From an uncultured Planctomycetales bacterium (lineage in GTDB: Bacteria; Omnitrophota; Gorgyraeia; Zapsychrales; JBDRMG01): a DNA stretch of 64,000 nucleotides. The stretch lies in NCBI GenBank assembly GCA_964478715.1, contig CAYZIY010000001.1, forward strand, positions 149,196-213,195, read 5' to 3'. Position numbers and translations under genes: made by a program. Shown here piece by piece: positions 45,084 to 55,800 of the stretch; the first letter of the stretch is position 1; each line of letters starts with the position of its first letter. The notes beneath the pieces were generated by a model. The model saw only the letters and a list, made by a program, of their open reading frames with translations. It was not told the DNA's origin and made no database searches.

Positions 45084-45540
45084 TTTTCGCAGAATCAATA
45101 TATTTATTTCTGTAAGGATTGCCTTAAGTGCAGCCCTGATTCTTTTTCACGGCAGTCTGCTTCTGAAACCTTTTGAGCACCATGCTTATATGTTGGCTCG
45201 AATGGATGTGATCAGCCAGGGCAGGCTTGTGGATATCTTTGCCATTGGCCTGCCCTGGCTGGGTTATTTATTGGGCGGTTTTCTTTTGGTCGGCCTGCAT
45301 ATCAAATTCTGCCTCGGCGCCATGATCTTATTCTCAGCCGGAGAGTCTTTATTTTTTGCCCGGGCCATATCGATCAATCCGCCTGAGACCGTTGCGGTGA
45401 CGGTTTTTCATGATTTTCCGCTAACCGTGTCTTTTCTTTTAGGAGTAAACCTTTTGATTTTGCTGATTAGTATCATTCTAATTTTCCAGAGACACAAAGC
45501 AAGTGAACACTCTTTAGATCGATATTATCGGCGTTTTTAA
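45028..45540 (+). CDS. DoxX/MauE-like membrane protein (start uncertain)
   Basis: RIAL...F.G..KP, LPWL..LLG..LL.G, four TM helices. Confidence 0.55.
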   Translation: MWAILNSKMKSKSNFKTTDFRRINIFISVRIALSAALILFHGSLLLKPFEHHAYMLARMDVISQGRLVDIFAIGLPWLGYLLGGFLLVGLHIKFCLGAMILFSAGESLFFARAISINPPETVAVTVFHDFPLTVSFLLGVNLLILLISIILIFQRHKASEHSLDRYYRRF

Positions 45541-45556
45541 TTCCTTTTCTAAATTC

Positions 45557-46324
45557 ATGCTTTCCTGCACCCCAACCCATTGTTTAAAAGAAAAAGAGGG
45601 ATTTGTCGTAACGGCCGATTCCCAGAGTATCCATTACCGTCATTTCAGCCGTCATCGAGAGAGTGCGGTGATCATAGCCCATGGATTTTTCAACAGCGCG
45701 CAGTCAATTTTATTGAATCAACTCAAAGACGACCTTTTGGTTCAGCATGATGTGATTTTGATGGATTTCCGTGGGCACGGAAAAAGCAGCGGAGCTTTTT
45801 GTTTTACATCAAGGGAAATTCAAGATCTGATTGCCGTGATTGAATACGCCAAACAATCCGGTTATCAGACAATCAGCGTGATGGGTTTTTCTCTGGGCGC
45901 TGTTATCGCTGCGCAAGCGGCAACCATGCGGGATGATATTCAGAACATCATTTTGGTCAGCTGTCCGATTCGGTTTGAGGATATTGATTTTCACTATTGG
46001 GAGATGAATATGGAAATTGACATTTTATTCAATATTTTTGGCGGTGGATTACGCGGTAAGGGAATCCGTCCGGGCCCTTTCTGGCTAAACAAGCTGGTTC
46101 CGATTGATTTAATGTCTCGCGTCAAAACCCCGGTGCTTTTCATTCACGGCACAGAGGACTGGATCGTGCGGCCCTGGCACAGCGAAGCCCTGCACAAAGA
46201 GGTAAAAACGCAAAAAGATTTGATTTTCATACAAAACGGTTCCCATGCCGAGTATCTTATGTTAAAACAAAAAAAGGAATTCGTTGATGGTATCCAAAGC
46301 TGGTTTGAAAAAACGTTCAAATAA
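45557..46324 (+). CDS. alpha/beta hydrolase
   Basis: HGF, DFRGHG.S, GFSLG nucleophile, HGTED, GSH. Confidence 0.88.
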   Translation: MLSCTPTHCLKEKEGFVVTADSQSIHYRHFSRHRESAVIIAHGFFNSAQSILLNQLKDDLLVQHDVILMDFRGHGKSSGAFCFTSREIQDLIAVIEYAKQSGYQTISVMGFSLGAVIAAQAATMRDDIQNIILVSCPIRFEDIDFHYWEMNMEIDILFNIFGGGLRGKGIRPGPFWLNKLVPIDLMSRVKTPVLFIHGTEDWIVRPWHSEALHKEVKTQKDLIFIQNGSHAEYLMLKQKKEFVDGIQSWFEKTFK

Positions 46325-46336
46325 AGGAGAAATCCC

Positions 46337-48259
46337 ATGGTCGCTTTTTCCATCTATATCGTCTCGATTATTGCGACAGCTGTTTTAGCCAGCCAAAAAA
46401 ATTACAGCGTGGGCGGTTTTATTTTTCTGGCCGTCCTCACAGGACCCTTTGCCTTGATACTGATTTTGCTTTTGCCCGAGAGCAAGCCGTCCGATTCGCC
46501 GGGGCAGATCACCAATCTTTCTCAGGCCCGGGCGGAGCTGAGCCGAATCGGAAGTCTTTTCGACGGCCTGCAACAACGCATCAACCGGCTTGAGGAGAAG
46601 ATCAGAGATCTAAGCAAAGATCAATCCGTTGATGTCGAACCTGCCTCCCAAGAGCTACCGAAAGAATCTGTCCCCCCATCTCTGCTGCAGGAAAAGGAGA
46701 AAGAGGGCGGGGGATTTGAGGCGGCTTTTGGAACTTATTGGCTCAATCGGATCGGTGTTTTCATTTTTGTCTTAGGGATGGGTTTTTTACTCAGCCTCAC
46801 CTTTCAGTTTTTGGGAGCCGTGGCCAAAATACTTTTCGGCTATCTTATCGCCGCCGGATTCCTGATCTGGGGAAACCGTCTGGAGAAGAAAGACACAACC
46901 AAAAGGCTGGGTTACGGCATTCTCGCCGGAGGTTGGGGACTTCTCTATCTGACCACCTACGCCACCCATTATATTCAGGCGACGAAAGTAATTCATAATC
47001 CCGTTATCGCTATCTGGCTTTTGGCCGGTATCAGCATGGCCGCGATTATTTTCAATCTCAAATATCAGTCCTGGATTGTGACGGCTTTGACATATTTGCT
47101 GGCTTTAATGACCGTGGGCTTCGGCGATCTGGATTATACAACGGTGATTCTATGTGCTCTGCTTGTGGGAAGTCTCTCATATATTGGTTTTCGGATGCGT
47201 TGGTATTCATTTCTGGTTTACGGTATTGCGGCCAGCTATATCACTTTTATTCACTGGATTCATCCCCGCCTCTTGACATCGTTTCTGGCGGCTAAGCAAA
47301 CAACGATCCCCATTTATCAGTTTCAGATCGCCTTTGGCATTATTCTGGTCAGCTGGACGGTCTTTAATCTGCCGCTTTTTCTTCTGGAATTCGATACTGC
47401 GGAGAAAAGACGGCATTTGGTATTCGGCAATCTTCTCAATGCCGGATTCTTTACCGTTTTAGGTTTGCAGAGTCTTTACCGGGTTGCCCCTCATTTGCCC
47501 AATGGCTGGGATACCAAATTTGTTTTTCTGCTTGTTCTATCAATCATTTATTTTCTCTTTGGATATTTTTATAAAAAACTCAAGGCCCAGCGATTAATCG
47601 TGGTCTGCTGCGTGATCGCCATAATTTTGTTGAATATGGCTCTGATGGCCAGGTTTGCGGGTATCAGCATCAGTTTTTTCTGGCTGTCGATGACCATGCT
47701 GCTTTTAGGATTAGGTTTGTATTATCAAGAACGCGTCTATCGTCTGCTGGGATATATCCTCAGCTTTGTCTTGGCTGTCAGGTTGATTTTTGTGGATTAC
47801 TTTAGCGAGAAAGTTTATGAAATATTCTCAGCGGGAGTTCAGCATAATATTCTCATTTTCTCAATGGCGGCGATTTGTTATCTTCTGTTGACCATCATCG
47901 AGAAAAAAAGGGAATCGAGAGAGAAAATTCCTCATAATGAGTTAGCCGTTTTTCATTTCTATCCTTTTCTTTCCACCCTGTTGTTAACCTTAATTATCGG
48001 CCGGGAGGCCAATCCGAGATGGCTGACCGTCAGTTGGACAATCCAAGGGGCCGCTCTACTGGCTCTGGGGTTTTTCTTGTCGCATAAAAAGTGGCGCATC
48101 TGCAGTTTATGTGTTTTTGTTCTGGTGATCCTGAAGGTCTTTCTCGTCGACATTGCCGCTTTGAACACGATTTACAAGATTTTTGCTTTTACCATTCTGG
48201 GATTGGTTTTGGTGGGTGCTTCAGTTGTCTATTCAAAATGGATGGAATCAAGAAAATAA
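46337..48259 (+). CDS. DUF2339-family polytopic membrane protein
   Basis: E...G..WLNRIG, GG...LYLT.YA, KVFL.D....YKI..F..LG. Confidence 0.8.
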   Translation: MVAFSIYIVSIIATAVLASQKNYSVGGFIFLAVLTGPFALILILLLPESKPSDSPGQITNLSQARAELSRIGSLFDGLQQRINRLEEKIRDLSKDQSVDVEPASQELPKESVPPSLLQEKEKEGGGFEAAFGTYWLNRIGVFIFVLGMGFLLSLTFQFLGAVAKILFGYLIAAGFLIWGNRLEKKDTTKRLGYGILAGGWGLLYLTTYATHYIQATKVIHNPVIAIWLLAGISMAAIIFNLKYQSWIVTALTYLLALMTVGFGDLDYTTVILCALLVGSLSYIGFRMRWYSFLVYGIAASYITFIHWIHPRLLTSFLAAKQTTIPIYQFQIAFGIILVSWTVFNLPLFLLEFDTAEKRRHLVFGNLLNAGFFTVLGLQSLYRVAPHLPNGWDTKFVFLLVLSIIYFLFGYFYKKLKAQRLIVVCCVIAIILLNMALMARFAGISISFFWLSMTMLLLGLGLYYQERVYRLLGYILSFVLAVRLIFVDYFSEKVYEIFSAGVQHNILIFSMAAICYLLLTIIEKKRESREKIPHNELAVFHFYPFLSTLLLTLIIGREANPRWLTVSWTIQGAALLALGFFLSHKKWRICSLCVFVLVILKVFLVDIAALNTIYKIFAFTILGLVLVGASVVYSKWMESRK

Positions 48260-48306
48260 GGAAATTAAGAATTCTAAATAATCTAAATAATCTAAAGAAT
48301 TTAAAC

Positions 48307-48335
48307 TTGCCAGCAAAGGGCCATTCATTTATAAT
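48307..48335 (+). promoter_or_regulatory. sigma70 promoter at the start of the signalling island
   Basis: TTGCCA-N17-TATAAT. Confidence 0.65.
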
Positions 48336-48362
48336 AACGCTGTTGATTTGATCAACATCATT

Positions 48363-48731
48363 ATGAGTCAGGACAAGCAGAAAATCCTAATTGTAGATGA
48401 CGAGCCCGGTATTGCCCGGGTGCTCGGTTGCCGGTTGGAAAGCTGGGGCTATGAAATATGCTCGGCTTTAAGCGGAAAAGAAGCGCTTGAGAAGGTTGAG
48501 GAAATAAAACCGGATCTGGTCTTGCTGGATGTGATCCTGGGAGATGCGCAAGGGTTTGATATTTGCCGGCGGATCCGCAACCAATGCGGTGACGGCTTAA
48601 AGATCATCATGTGTACGGCCAAGATCGACGGGGTGGACGCCAAAAAGGCCCGCGAAGCCGGTGCCGATCACTTCGCTCCCAAAACAGGGGAGATGAGCGA
48701 AATCAAGCGGGCTATTCAGAATCTTCTTTAG
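48363..48731 (+). CDS. single-domain response regulator
   Basis: IVDDE, LLDVIL, CTA, APKT. Confidence 0.88.
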   Translation: MSQDKQKILIVDDEPGIARVLGCRLESWGYEICSALSGKEALEKVEEIKPDLVLLDVILGDAQGFDICRRIRNQCGDGLKIIMCTAKIDGVDAKKAREAGADHFAPKTGEMSEIKRAIQNLL

Positions 48732-48954
48732 AAATCATTTCTTAATATATTGATTCCAAAGTCACTTCCCTATCTTTACTATTGATCATGAAAAGTCAAT
48801 CATCTAAGATGATCAATAGAAGAAAGATTCCTTTTTAATACTAATATTATTACTTTCCGCTAATTTCTTGAATGGCCGATTCTCCGGGTATGCAAAAGAA
48901 TGCTCGCAGATGGCTCTCATGCTTTGGATTTCACGGATGGAAAGGACCCGGAGA

Positions 48955-50247
48955 ATGTCTGAGAGCAAAAACCATATGCAAAAAGAGCGCAGGAAAAGAA
49001 ATCTGTTTCTCGTACTTTTCGGATTGATATCGGCGAGTCTTATTTTCTGTGTCATGGTCTTTGGTCAGGAAATTCTGCCGGATTTACTTTGGGTGCATGA
49101 ACCTTTTCATTCGGCGGTAGAGGCCTTTGGTTCGTTTATTGCCCTTTTGATGGCCGTCATTCTTTTATCCCGCAGGCGACAAGAAGTATCCAGCAAGTAT
49201 CATTTTATCGCGCTTGGTTTTTTGGCCATGGGTATTTTGGACGGTTTTCACTCTTTGACCAATCCGGGCCAGTCGTTTGTCTTTTTACGCTCGCTGGCGA
49301 GTCTTTTGGGAGGAATATTCTTTATGTTCACCTGGTTTCCTCCCCGCAAGAAAATCAAAGGACCGCGACTTACCATTCCCCTGGCGGTCATCGTTGTCAC
49401 AGGCGGGATCTCTATCTTTAGCTTGCTGAATCCTGACCGTCTCCCCCTTATGGTCAATAGCAAAGGAGCATTCACTCCCTTGGCCGTTCAAATGAATTAT
49501 CTGGCGGGGGTCCTGTTTTGTTTAGCCGCTGTTCGTTTTCTGCTCGATTTCTATCAAGCGGGTAAGATGGATTTCTTTCTTCTGGCCGTTCTCTCGGCAT
49601 TATTCGGATTTGCCGAATTAACTTTTGAAACTTCGGCCATTTGGGATATGCAGTGGTGGCTCTGGCATTTGATGCGGCTTGCGGCGTATGGGATCGTTTT
49701 GTTTTTTGTCGGCATGGAGTTTCGTGAGAATATTAAATATGAGAAACGAGCACGGGAGGCGATTGCTCAGGCCAAGGCCTATTCCGATCTGCTGTTTCAG
49801 GTGGTTCCCAGCGCAATCTTTGCAGTCGACAGAAACCGTAACATCACGGCATGGAATAAAAAAGCCGAAGAAATCACAGGCTATTCAATCGAGGAAGTGA
49901 TAGGGAAAGAATGCGTCTTGTTTGCGGAGCAACCATGTAAGGAAAAATGCGGCCTGTTGGATCCCGATATGCAGAAGCCCATTATTGGCCGTGAATGCAC
50001 CATCAGGCACAAAGACGGCAGCACGCGGTTTATTTCCAAAAATGCCGATATTATTCTGGGCGAAAACGGGATTGTCTTGGGAGGTATTGAGAGTTTTGAG
50101 GATACAACAGGCAGAAAGCAGTTTGAAGAACAGCTGAAGAATCACGCTCAGGAGCTTGAGCGGATGAACAAAATGATGGTCGGCAGGGAATTGAGAATGG
50201 TTGAGCTAAAGAAAGAAATTAAAACATTAAAAGGAAGATTACCCTAA
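48955..50247 (+). CDS. membrane sensor (MASE3-like TM region + PAS) lacking a catalytic output domain
   Basis: H...E, MGILDGFH, WLWH..R, PAS (WN..AE.ITGY..EEVIG), ends GRELRMVELKKEI; start uncertain. Confidence 0.75.
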   Translation: MSESKNHMQKERRKRNLFLVLFGLISASLIFCVMVFGQEILPDLLWVHEPFHSAVEAFGSFIALLMAVILLSRRRQEVSSKYHFIALGFLAMGILDGFHSLTNPGQSFVFLRSLASLLGGIFFMFTWFPPRKKIKGPRLTIPLAVIVVTGGISIFSLLNPDRLPLMVNSKGAFTPLAVQMNYLAGVLFCLAAVRFLLDFYQAGKMDFFLLAVLSALFGFAELTFETSAIWDMQWWLWHLMRLAAYGIVLFFVGMEFRENIKYEKRAREAIAQAKAYSDLLFQVVPSAIFAVDRNRNITAWNKKAEEITGYSIEEVIGKECVLFAEQPCKEKCGLLDPDMQKPIIGRECTIRHKDGSTRFISKNADIILGENGIVLGGIESFEDTTGRKQFEEQLKNHAQELERMNKMMVGRELRMVELKKEIKTLKGRLP

Positions 50248-50263
50248 GATCGCGCGGGTTGTT

Positions 50264-51973
50264 ATGACACTGAAAGTACGGCTTATCGCCAGTTATCTGT
50301 TAATCTTTTGCCTGGTCGCCATGGTCAGCGTTTTTTTGATCAGACATATTAATGCCAATGATCAGCGTCTTAATTTCATTAAGGAAGAAAACGATGAGCT
50401 GAAAAAGGCCATGCATCTTAATTTATTGTCGCAGCATATCAAATATTATGATGAGGTTCTGACCCAATCCGCCAGGAATTATGCCTTTACCCGGGATGCG
50501 AAGTGGAAAAACCGCTATGAAGCTATCGAGCCCCGTCTTGATGAGACGATTAAAGAGGCCGTTGATAAAGGCAATCATAAGGACAAACAAAGTTTTTCTC
50601 AGGTCGATGAGGCTAACTCGGCTTTAGTCAACATGGAACATCAGGCTATGCGTTTGGTTGACGCGGGGCAATCCGCGCAGGCGATTGCTCTGCTGGGGAG
50701 CGGGAGTTATTGGAATCAAAAGAAACTTTATGACGATGCTCTCAAAGAATATATCCGAAGGCAGGGGCTTCTCTACGATCAGGCCACCCGGGAAGCTGCT
50801 CTGGTTTATCAGGATACCATTGAAAAGATTCACCGTTCGGCACAAGAGGGCAAACAAAAGATATTCCTGAGTATTGTTATCATTGCGCTTGTCTTTATCT
50901 TTTTGATTGTTTTTAATATATCGTATATTTTCCGCCCCGTGGATTATCTGGTCGGTGTCATGGGAAATTTTCGCAGCGGTCATTTAGATGTCTCGATAGA
51001 TCCGAAGATTAAAAAATCGAAGGGCGAAATCGGTTTGTTGGCCCGGGTCTTTGACCAGATGGGCAGGGAGTTGAAAAATTCTTATGAACATCTGGAACAA
51101 AAGGTCAAATCCCGGACGCAAGAGCTCAACAAAAAAGTCAAAGAGATGGAAGATAAGAATGAAGAGCTGCAGAGCACCAAGAAAGCTGTTTTGAATATTC
51201 TGGAGGATCTCGAAGAATCCAAGAAAAGCATTGAGAAACAGAGGGATGATCTGGCGGTCCTAAAAAATGAATTAGAGCATTCCAACAAAGAGTTGGAACA
51301 GTTTGCCTATATCGCGTCGCATGACCTGCAAGAGCCCTTGAGAAAAATTGTGGCTTTCGGTGATCTTTTGCATGAAGGGATTGATCAAAAGCTTAACAGC
51401 GAACAGAGGAATTATCTTAAACGCATGCAAAATGCCGCCTATCGCATGAAACATTTGATCGAAGGTCTGTTGGATTATTCGCGCATCACCACTAAAATAA
51501 AGCCTTTTGAAAAAGTAGATTTGAACCAGAAAGTCCAGGAGGCCTTATCTAATCTTGAAATACGAATCAAAGAAACCGGAGCTCAGATAGATATCGGGGA
51601 ACTGCCCGCTATTATGGCCGATGAGCTTCAGATGGCGCAACTCTTTCAGAATCTGATAGGCAATGCTATTAAATTCCACAAAAAAGGGCAGCGCCCGGAG
51701 GTGAAGATTCGCAGTACTTTTCAAGATGGAATCCACAAGATTACCATTGAGGACAATGGCATCGGATTTGATAAAAAATATATGGATCGTGTTTTTGCGC
51801 CGTTTCAGAAACTGCATGCCCGTGACGAATATGAAGGCACCGGGATCGGTCTTTCGATTTGCCAGAAAATTGTTAAATGCCACAATGGAACGATGAAAGT
51901 TCAAAGCAGCCCGGATAATGGAGCTACGTTCATTATCTATCTTCCGATAGTACAAACCGAAAGGAGTTTATAA
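50264..51973 (+). CDS. membrane histidine kinase (periplasmic helical sensor, HAMP, Cph1/BphP-type kinase core)
   Basis: Two TMs, HAMP (EIG.LA..FD.M), ASHDLQEPLR, QNLIGNAIKF, GTGIGL. Confidence 0.9.
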   Translation: MTLKVRLIASYLLIFCLVAMVSVFLIRHINANDQRLNFIKEENDELKKAMHLNLLSQHIKYYDEVLTQSARNYAFTRDAKWKNRYEAIEPRLDETIKEAVDKGNHKDKQSFSQVDEANSALVNMEHQAMRLVDAGQSAQAIALLGSGSYWNQKKLYDDALKEYIRRQGLLYDQATREAALVYQDTIEKIHRSAQEGKQKIFLSIVIIALVFIFLIVFNISYIFRPVDYLVGVMGNFRSGHLDVSIDPKIKKSKGEIGLLARVFDQMGRELKNSYEHLEQKVKSRTQELNKKVKEMEDKNEELQSTKKAVLNILEDLEESKKSIEKQRDDLAVLKNELEHSNKELEQFAYIASHDLQEPLRKIVAFGDLLHEGIDQKLNSEQRNYLKRMQNAAYRMKHLIEGLLDYSRITTKIKPFEKVDLNQKVQEALSNLEIRIKETGAQIDIGELPAIMADELQMAQLFQNLIGNAIKFHKKGQRPEVKIRSTFQDGIHKITIEDNGIGFDKKYMDRVFAPFQKLHARDEYEGTGIGLSICQKIVKCHNGTMKVQSSPDNGATFIIYLPIVQTERSL

Positions 51974-52426
51974 ATGGAAGCCGAAAGAAAGCCGGTCGTT
52001 ATTTTGCTTGCTGACGACGACGATGATGATGCTCTATTAACGAAAAAGGCTTTAAAGGAATCAAGAGTCTGTAATAAGATGTATAGAGTGAAGAATGGTG
52101 AAGAATTGATGGATTTTCTGACGCACAACGGGCGCTATGAAGATAAAGAGAAAGCGCCGCCGCCGGCGCTTATTCTCCTTGATCTCAACATGCCAAAGAA
52201 AGATGGACGGGAGGCATTAAAAGAGATTAAGAACGATCCAAAGTTGCGCAGCATTCCGATTACGATCTTAACAACGTCAAAAGCCGAAGAAGACATAGTG
52301 CGTTCTTATGACTTGGGCGTCAATTCTTTTATTACCAAGCCGGTAGACCTCAAAGGTTTTTTCAATGTGGTCAAAGAGATCAGCAATTACTGGTTTGAGG
52401 TTGTAGAATTACCCCGACAGGACTAA
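51974..52426 (+). CDS. Rcp1-type single-domain response regulator
   Basis: LLDLNMPKKDG, LTTS, SYDLG.NS.I.KP, C-terminal YW....LP. Confidence 0.9.
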   Translation: MEAERKPVVILLADDDDDDALLTKKALKESRVCNKMYRVKNGEELMDFLTHNGRYEDKEKAPPPALILLDLNMPKKDGREALKEIKNDPKLRSIPITILTTSKAEEDIVRSYDLGVNSFITKPVDLKGFFNVVKEISNYWFEVVELPRQD

Positions 52427-52447
52427 AATAATAAGGAGTATTGGGAT

Positions 52448-52813
52448 ATGGGAAAAAGTATTCTTATCATAGACGATGACCGGGAAGATCAGGATCTGAT
52501 CAAAGTGGCTTTAGAAAAAGCCGGATTTAATCAAATTCACTGCTCTATATCGGGAGAGGAAGGGCTGAAAGATGCCTGGGAAACAAGACCCGATCTGATT
52601 ATTGTCGATACCCGTCTGACCGGAATGAGCGGTTTTGAAGTCTGCCAGAAGATCAAGGCCGAAAAAGAGATTTCGGCAAAAGTTATTATTATCACTGGTG
52701 CTGTCGATGCCGTTGACGCCGTCAAGGCCAGGGAAATGGGTGCGGATGATTATTGCGCCAAGACCAGTGATTACGCGCCTTTAGTGGAAACGGTGGAGAA
52801 ATGGCTTAACTGA
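52448..52813 (+). CDS. single-domain response regulator
   Basis: IIDDD, IVDTRL, ITG, CAKT. Confidence 0.88.
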   Translation: MGKSILIIDDDREDQDLIKVALEKAGFNQIHCSISGEEGLKDAWETRPDLIIVDTRLTGMSGFEVCQKIKAEKEISAKVIIITGAVDAVDAVKAREMGADDYCAKTSDYAPLVETVEKWLN

Positions 52814-52815
52814 CA

Positions 52816-55800
52816 ATGGCTGCCATTACAAAAAAGAATAATAGTTTAAAAGCCGCATACCCCCGCTATGTTCTCGTTCTTCTCTGCGGAGCGATTGTTC
52901 TGATTTTTAGCGTTTCCGGGTTGGTCATTACACAAAGTTTAAGAAGTCATGCGTTAAAAGAAATAGCGGATGAAAGCAAGGCGGCGATTGGGGCCTTAAG
53001 CACAGGTCTAATTCGGGAGTTAAGAGAAACACAAAAAGGAGCTCAAAATCTGGCCGGTTCTCCCTGGGTTCCTCCGGTGCTTATCAGGGGAAACCCTCAG
53101 GATATCAAAAGAGTCAACCGGGTTCTTGACCGCTATAACCGTTCTTTCGATGCGTCGGTTTGTTATTTATTGAATCAGCAGGGCATCACCGTTGCTTCTT
53201 CAAACCGCAATACGAGCGAAAGCTTTATCGGCAAAGACTACAGTTTTCGACCTTATTTCCAAAAGGCCATAGGGGGCAAAGCGGGAAGCTATTTTGCTCT
53301 GGGGATCACATCTAAAAAAAGAGGGCATTATGCCTCTTATCCCGTGATATCTGGCGATCAAAAGATTATCGGTGTTGTTGTGATTAAAGATGAGATAGAT
53401 TATTTCGCCGATGCTTTCAGGAAATTTAAGCATTGCTATCTGATTGATCCTAACGGCATCATTTTTCTGGGGAGCCGTTCCCATTTTGTGCTCAAATCAC
53501 TTTGGCCGGTTAGCCAAAAAGCCAGAGACGAACTGAAAAAGACACAGCAGTTCGGAGAAGGACCTTTTGAGCATTTATTGGACCAAGAATATAAAGACGG
53601 ACAAAAGGTGCAATTTCTCAACCAGACTTGGCTGGTCAATCGCAACTATATTAACGACCAGGGTTGGTCGGTGCTTATGTTGAGTTCAACCAAGGGGGCA
53701 AGACTCTATGGTCTTCTCGGGATTTTGACCACCGCTTTTATTATTATTCTGTTGATCGTATTTCTCGGGATTCTTTTCTACATGGATAAATCGCGCCAAA
53801 AAGTTCTGGAAAGTGAAGAAAAGTATCGCGAATTAGTCCAAAATGCCAATAGTATTATTCTGCGCTTAGACAGCGAAGGACGCATTGTTTTTATCAATGA
53901 ATATGCCCAAAACTTTTTTGGCTATATGGAATCCGAAATTTTTGGGAAATCTGTCGTGGGAACGATTGTCCCCGAGCAAGACAGCGAGGGGATCGATGTG
54001 GCTCAAGTGATTGAGAATCTTTTAAAAGACACAGAGCGTTACAAATATAATGAAAACGAGAATATCAAAAGAAACGGAGATCGTGTCTGGGTGGCCTGGA
54101 CCAACCGGGTCATCAAGAATGAGCCTGCCGGAAAAAACGAGATTCTTTGCGTCGGCACAGACATCACCCAAAACCGTCGGGCCTCTGAGCATATTCGCCG
54201 ATTATCGACAGCCGTTGAGCAATCGCCCAGTGTTATTGCCATAACGGATCTCAATGGAAATCTTGAATACGTCAATCCGAAATTTTGCGTGTCTACAGGC
54301 TATTCTCTAGAGGAAGCCAAGGGGCAGAATCCACGGATTCTTAAAAGCGGCGAACAGCCAAAAGAGGTGTATAAAGATATGTGGGAGAAAATCGCCAAAG
54401 GCGAAGAATGGAGAGGCGAGTTTCATAATAAGCGCAAAGACGGCAGTCTTTACTGGGAACTGGCCTCGATTTCTCCTATTCGCAATGCCCAGGGGGAAAT
54501 TACGCATTATCTCAAGGTGGCCGAGGACATCACCGAGCGAAAAAGGGCCGAACAGATGTTGGCCGAGACCAAAGAAGCTCTGGAGCAGCAGACTTGGGGA
54601 TTAAAGAAAACCAATGAAACACTCAAGCTCCTCTATAAAGAGCTCGAGGAGAAGAATGCCGAATTAAAAAAACTTGATCGGCTTAAAAGTGATTTTGTCT
54701 CAACCGTCTCGCATGAGCTGCGCACTCCTCTGGCGATTACGACCGAAGGCATCAGCCTGGTGATCGATCAAATTGCAGGCCCTATTAACGACAAGCAAAG
54801 GAATCTCCTTCACACATCCAAAGAAAATTTGGTGCGTCTAAACAAAATCATCAATGATCTTCTGGATATTTCGAAAATTGAATCTGGACGCCTGGAGCTC
54901 GGTAAAAGCATAACAGATATATCAAGAATTATTCAAAAAACGGTAAATTCTTATCAAACGGTAGCCGACCCAAAAAAGATCACAATCCGGACACATTTTC
55001 CCGAAGAGCGCATTATTCTTTTTATCGATCAAGACAAAATTATCCAGGCGCTCAATAATTTGATTTACAATGCGATTAAGTTTACCAAAGAGCAGGGCGT
55101 CATTGATATAACGCTTGCTTCTCAAGAGACCGAAGTTGTTATCAGTATCAAAGATAATGGAGTCGGTATTTCGCATGAAGATATGAAAAAACTCTTCAGC
55201 AAATTCCAGCAGTTTGGACGCACCCACGGTCCCGGCGCCAAGGGAACGGGTTTGGGTCTTTCGATCACCAAGGCGTTGGTCGAACTGCACGGGGGGCGAA
55301 TTTGGGCTGAAAGTGCGCTGGGCGAGGGAACGACGTTTTCATTTACTCTGCCGAATTACAAGAAAGTGATCGGTGAATTCGAGGAAAATCTATCTGATGA
55401 TATCGAGGAAGCTCAGCAGAGTAAAAAGGATATGACGCTTCTTCTGATGGATGTCGTCAATTATCAAAAGATTGTCGATCGCTTTGATGAATATGTTTTA
55501 GCTGATACGATGAATAAAATATTTTCAATCATTGAGCAGATCGTATCCCGGCCCAAAGACAGAGCCCTTATCATCGATCAACATACGATTTATATCTCTT
55601 TGCCGCAGACCAGCAAAAGCGGAGGCAATGCGGTGATCCGGCGGATCAGGGAGGAGATCAACGCGCAGTCTTTTATGGTGGAGAAAGAAGATGTATCTGT
55701 TTATATGCGATTTAGTATGGCTGTGGCCCCTGCGCAGGGCACAGACAGAGAAACGTTGATTCAACATGCCAGGAAGAAATTATTGCAGCCGCGAACGGTT

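Noticed and set aside
48248-48306. CRISPR-like array
   Set aside because: Units are 9 nt with no spacers and there are no cas genes
50264-52426. Bacteriophytochrome light sensor
   Set aside because: The kinase core and Rcp1-type receiver are of that class, but the input is a periplasmic domain plus HAMP with no PAS-GAF-PHY
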